From assembly GCF_009914755.1 (NCBI RefSeq), contig NC_060941.1: a DNA stretch of 64,000 nt; one strand, given 5' to 3'. The notes beneath the pieces are model-generated. The model searched no databases and had not been told where the DNA came from. It was given only the letters and a program-made list of their open reading frames with translations. The translations under genes and the position numbers were made by a program. Source of the stretch: the human T2T-CHM13v2.0 reference genome, Homo sapiens. Position 1 is the first letter of the stretch, and each line of letters starts with the position of its first letter. This document shows, one piece after another, positions 58,165 to 64,000 of the stretch.

Positions 58165-59370
58165 GATAACTCAATTTAAAAATGGGCAAAGGACTTGAAC
58201 AGACATTTCTCTAAAGAAGACATACAAATGGCCAATAAGCACGTGAGGAGATGCTCCACGTTAGGGAAGTGCAAATCAAGACCACAATGAGATACTGTTT
58301 CACACCCATTGGATGGCCGTTAAGAGAATAGAAACAAGTGTTGAGAATGAGGATACATTAGAACTCTTGTGCATTGCTGGTGGAAATGTAAAATAGTGCA
58401 GCTGCTGTAGAAAATGGTATGAAGGCTTCTCAAAACATTAAACATAGAATTCCTATGTGTCCCAGCAATTCCACTTCTGGGTATCTGCCCATAAGAATTG
58501 AGAGCAGAGACTTGACAGACATTTGTACACCCATGTTCATAGCAGTATTCATAATAGCTGAATGGTAGAAGCAACCCTGTGTTTGTCAGTGGATGAATGG
58601 ATAAACAAAGTATGGGAACACATAGAGTGGAATATTATTGAGCCTTAAACAGGAAGGGAATTCTGATACATGCTGCAATATGGATGAACTTCAAAGACAT
58701 TATGCCAAGTGAAATGAGCCAATAACAAAAGGACAAATGTATAGTTTCACTTACATGAGTTATACATTTCATGTATAACTTCTCAAACTCATGGAGACAG
58801 AAAGTAGAATGGTAGTGGGCTAGGGGTAGGGGGAAATGGGAAGTTCGTTTTTATTTTCATTTTATTTTTTTGAGGCAGGGTCTCACTCTGTCACCCAGGC
58901 TGGACTGCAATGGTGTGATCATAGCTCATGACATCCTCCATCTCCTGGCTCAAGCCATCCTCCCGTCTCAGCCTCCGTAATAGCTGAGACTGCAACACAT
59001 GCACCACCATGCCTGGCTAATTTTTTTGATTTTTTTTTTAGTGGAGACGAGGTGTGACTATGTTGCCCAGGCTGGTCTCAAACTCCTGGCCTCAAGCATT
59101 CCTCCCACCTTGGCCTCTCAAAGTGCTGGGATTACAGGTGAGAGCCTCTACACATAGTGGGAAGTTAGTTTTTAATGGTAGTTCCAGTTTGGGAAGAAAA
59201 CATTCTGCGGATGGATGATGATGATGATTGCAGAATGGTGTGAGCGTAGCTAATGCTGTAGAACTGAGTACACTCCAGCCTGGGCAACAAGAGTGAAACT
59301 CCCCCCACTGCCCAAAAAAAAAAAAGAACTGTGTGCTTAAAAATGGTTAAAATATTAAATTGTATGTTAT
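58165..59370 (+). mobile_element. L1 3' end (L1MB-like ORF2 tail and 3'UTR) with antisense AluJ (58850-59155) and a mini-Alu (59270-59325) inserted
   Basis: aaaatgggcaaaggacttgaacagacatttctc, cccagcaattccacttctgggtat, gatgaatggataaacaaa and cttaaaaatggttaaaat. Confidence 0.88.
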
Positions 59371-60475
59371 TGCAATTTCAGAGTATATTGCGATCATTTC
59401 CCACATTACATATATTTTGAAAATGTGTTTAATATTCCATTTTGTAGAATATCTTTTACCATTTTATTTTTAGCCACTGTCATTTTTCTGTTTTTCACTA
59501 ATGCGAGGAATACTATGATGAATAACCTCGTTTATCAGGTTTTTCTTTATAGATAATTACTTCAGGTAAATTCCTAGGGGTGAGATTACTGGGCTACATA
59601 GTATGAACCTTTTTAAGGCTCTTGATCCATATCATCACATTACCCTCAGAATAGTTACTAAATTTCATTTCAGCCAAGCACACTTCCACCAGCAGTGTAT
59701 GAGGGTCAGCTTTCATTTTATCTTCCCAGACACCATGTGTTATCTTTAAAAATAAATTGCCTGTTAAGCTAAACAATGATATGTCATCATTGTTTCAATT
59801 TAATCCATTTTTATTACTGATGACTTCTGTTTTTTTTCCACTTTCATTAATAGTACCTGAAATATAGGGAGTGCTTCATATTTGTTGAATGAATTTGTCA
59901 AGTATCTACTAGGTGCCATATCCTTTTATAGATGTGTGGGACATAATATCAAACAAGACTGAATTATATTATACTTCTCTCACTGTGTTTACAGTCTAGT
60001 GGAGGAGTCAATTAAACAATTGATAGGTGCTATCAGTTGAAGTATGCTTGACATGCAAACAAATATTGGTGATCCCTAACCCAACCTGTAAGAGATGGGG
60101 CTTCTGTAAGGACGTGATGTTTAAGCCAAAATCTCGTTGAATGGGAGGCATCTCAAGGATTCTCCTTCCAGGGGATGAAATGGAGCTCAAGGAAGAAGGA
60201 ATGTTTCCAGAAGAAAAACCTCAAGATGTAAACTAAAGTTGGCCATTTGTATTTTTTCTTATAGGATTTGGCTATTCATTGTGCTTTGCTCTTTTTCCCC
60301 CTCTCCTATTGGCTTAAGTTTTTTTGGTGGTGGTGGGGGGGTAATTTAAAAGTACCTGTTATATAGTAAATTATTAAACATTTGCCTATATAGTAAATTA
60401 TTAAACATTTGCTATTCATATATAATGTTTTACCCTTCTCTGGTTAATTCGCCACATCCTGAACCCCTGCAAATA

Positions 60476-60801
<326 letters not shown>

Positions 60802-61110
60802 AGACATGCCTTCTTTATTGATGTAGGAATCTGTTTAATTAGATCATTTTTTTCCTCCGCAGAGTCAAACTCATAGTCTTGGGAGGAAGATAGGAAGGGG
60901 GCAGGCAGGGAGGTTACATGGGGACTCTGAGATGTCTGAGGGTGAGGAGAGGATGAAGGCGAGGCAAAGGAATAGATATCGTTGGTGATCCGCTAAGGAC
61001 AGTGACCTTCTCACCTTATCTCAGTCCTCAACATGTAAAGATTTTCCTCCATTTTACAAGCAAGGAAATCAAGTTTCTAAGAGGTAAGTATTGTTTGTGG
61101 TAGATCTAAG

Positions 61111-61396
61111 GTTTTGTTTTGAGACAGTCTCACTCTGTCATGCAGGCTGGAGTACAGTGGCATTATCATGGCACACCACAGCCTCGACCTCTCAGGCTCA
61201 AGTGATCCTTGTGCTTCAGCCTCCTCAGTAGCTGAGACTACCGGTGGTTGCCACCATGGCCAGCTATTTTTTTTTTTTAAGAGATGAGGTTTCACTACGT
61301 TTCCCAGGCTTGTCTCAAACTCCCGGTCTTAAGCAATCCACCTGCCTTGGCTTCCCAAAATTCTGGGATTACAGGCATGAGCCACTGTACCCAGCA
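61111..61396 (-). mobile_element. Alu (J-like)
   Basis: Antisense dimer with TSD gatctaag. Confidence 0.9.
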
Positions 61397-64000
61397 TGGA
61401 TCTAAGTTTTAAACCTGGTTGAGCTAATAGGAAAACCTAACTTTTAAACTTTTAATAATATACCTCAATGGTTTTTTAAAGGGAAGTACTGGAAAACTGG
61501 ATGCTGGCTTTTTGACTTCTCTTTGAATATTAAATGAGCTTGACTCCATGGAATTCTTGTAATCTTAAATGCCAAAGCTTTAGACCATAAACTAATCACT
61601 TTGTGGCTTTCTATAAGTCAAAAAGCCAATTAAAAAAAAAACTTTTATTGCTAAAATTTGTAACCAGTATGGAGATTTGTGTGTGTATGTGTGATTGAAC
61701 CTGGGAATCTTCCCCCCCCTCCGCCCCCCTTAATTTCCAATTGAGTAGTGATTTTTTGTGGTTGGAGAGGTAGTTTTAACCCGGTGAATTCCTCTAGCGG
61801 TTCTTGCTGAATGATTTCCTAAGGCATTTTGAAAATCTCTTGGGTAGTGCTTTTAACCTGGCTTCACATTTCATCTTTCTTTATTCAGGGAGTGTTTGGA
61901 TTTTACACCATGCTTGAGGCTGCCATGTCTCGGCTGCAATAACCAGAAAACATTGGTTTTCTTTGGTCACTGACCAAGCTTGTCACTACTCATTTCTGCC
62001 TGGCTCTAGACTGAAGACTTCAGTCCAATTTTCCGAATGGCCTCTTTTGACTTACTGTGCAAAACCCCCACTTTGGCTCTGAACCATTCTCTGAATATTA
62101 GCATAAGCACCTAATGCTGCTTGACTAAATTGTTTCTGTTGAGAGAGGGGGATGAGGAAAGGCTGGCACGGGGAACATCTGTTAGGGCTGTACCTTTTCA
62201 TTGTATTAATTTTTCTGACTTCTGGGATTATTTTCATTATGCAACTCTTCAATAAAGCAAATTTGGTATGATAAGGACTTAACATTCCCCCCCACTCATT
62301 TTAAACATATGGGGTTTCCAGGCTGTTATTCAAAGCTGTCCTACAGACTAAAATTTAAAATACAAGTGAACCAAGATTCTGCAGCTGAATCTGGGCTTTG
62401 AGGAGCCTACAGTGGGAGAAGGGGATGAAAAAAAATATTTTGTGGAATGTACTATAACCAACCAATAAGATGTTTTTGCTATTTTAATTGGCTCTTCCTG
62501 GCAGGAGTTTCATACAGCGGTGTCTCAGACACTGACCAAATCTGTTTATGGTAAGTCATTTTTGTAGAGAACAACAACATTCAACAGGCTATGGTATCAC
62601 TCCATTTGGAAGTATGTTTCCTGATCTTGAGGTCGTAGAAGAAAATGACAGGAACATACTTGTGCCCACACAGGCCCTAATCTGTCTTGCTGGCATTCCT
62701 TAGACATTTATTTATTGAAGAGTCCTTGTGTCTATATTGAGGGGAGAAACTAGATAGGTTAAGGAATGGATGATAACTTTGATTCTGAGAGCTCTTGCGC
62801 TATCAGAAGGAATGTGATTGACGGTGCTTGAATGAAAGGGTAACTGTTACAGTATCAACCAAGAGATAGAGGATGGCTGGTTTTGGAAGCTGACTTGCAA
62901 CACTGTTATATCTGGAGTTATAACCTTCCAGAGTGTTACAAAGTTTCCAGTCTATTCTTCCTATGTCTGCCCTCAGTGAGCTAGCATTGAGATTCGGCTG
63001 TTTATTTGCAGAAATAGTTAATCTATCTTTCTTTTAAAATTAACGCCTTCTGGAAACAGTGGCTCAACGGGGAAATGAACTCTTCACTAAAATCTCACAT
63101 TTCTTACGCTTCCACTTGGAATAAGATCCCTCTCAACACAAATAATGTTTAATTTTTTTAACCACTCTGAAGCTAACTTAGGTTTAATTTTAGTTTATGC
63201 TAAAAGTTTTTCTTATGTGACTCCTACAGTTTTCCTAGAGTTATTGAAAAAACTGCTCCTATAAAGCAAGTTTAGTTTTTATTCTGTTCATTTTAGATCC
63301 TTAATATTGTTCTTTCATTACTACTTGAGGGGAATTTAAAAAGAAAGAAATATAACAGCTGTTTTGAAGTACATTTGAAAAATGGTAAACTGCAGAATCT
63401 GTTGCTTTTCCTTGACTCTCTTCACTCTCCCCCAAAGACCTTTAAATAGAAGCTGTTTCCTTTTGCTGCATTAACCCCAAACCCTATCTGATTTCTTCCA
63501 GTTGCCGAGCAAACAGTGGCAGCTTGCCTCTGAAGGCCACCAAAAAGGACCAAAATGTTTGCATGGAAATGGCAGCCAAGAAACCCCTAATATTAAGAAC
63601 CTACCTTGAAATCTGCCAATTAATGAATGGAAGCTTCATCAGATTTTCAAATGGCTTTTATAAAATTATATAATGGAGGTGAAAGTGAAAGGTCTACACT
63701 ATAACTCCTATTACATGAGCTAAATGTGTAAGCCTTACCATTTGATGTGCTCTTCTAGGCTTAACAGTAAGGACCATTTTGGAGTTAAAATTGTGTGGAT
63801 TAGTTCTGTGTTAAACATGTCTTCATCTCATTTATGTATTGTATTAAACTCTTTGGGGAAACAGATAAAAAGGACATTTTAGGCTTTACAAACACGCTAC
63901 ACACCATAAAATGTTTGTTTCAGCCCATTGCTTACTCCAAAGCAATGGCCTTTTGCTTGAAGATAATCTCAATAATAGAAAACAGTTACCAAAGGAACTA

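Overview
Primate, human-like genomic DNA, very Alu-rich, containing the 5' end of PRKCA (protein kinase C alpha) on the + strand. The gene elements are a CpG-island promoter with a (GCC)12 repeat, coding exon 1 (26578-26750, [58 protein letters not shown]), a 3071-nt intron 1, the 32-nt exon 2 (29822-29853, GFGKQGFQCQ) and the first ~34 kb of intron 2. No later exon was recognised. The ~25 kb upstream holds a decayed class I (gammaretrovirus-like) provirus on the - strand with a gag zinc knuckle and RT motifs. Its deleted pol/env segment is replaced by an old mitochondrial ATP8/ATP6 insertion (NUMT). Also present are about 55 Alu copies or fragments plus MaLR/ERV LTRs, L1, L2, MIR, MER3 and MER30. 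I see no new gene or multi-gene system. The most unusual items are (i) a ~497-bp, substitution-free, non-tandem local duplication of an LTR segment carrying a TATA box and AP-1/TPA-response motifs, giving four TGAGTCA sites 10-12 kb upstream of the PKC-alpha start codon, (ii) the NUMT at an ERV deletion junction, (iii) an Alu-derived recursive-splice-site motif in intron 2, and (iv) several template-switch scars. Repeat subfamily names and boundaries were assigned by eye and are approximate.
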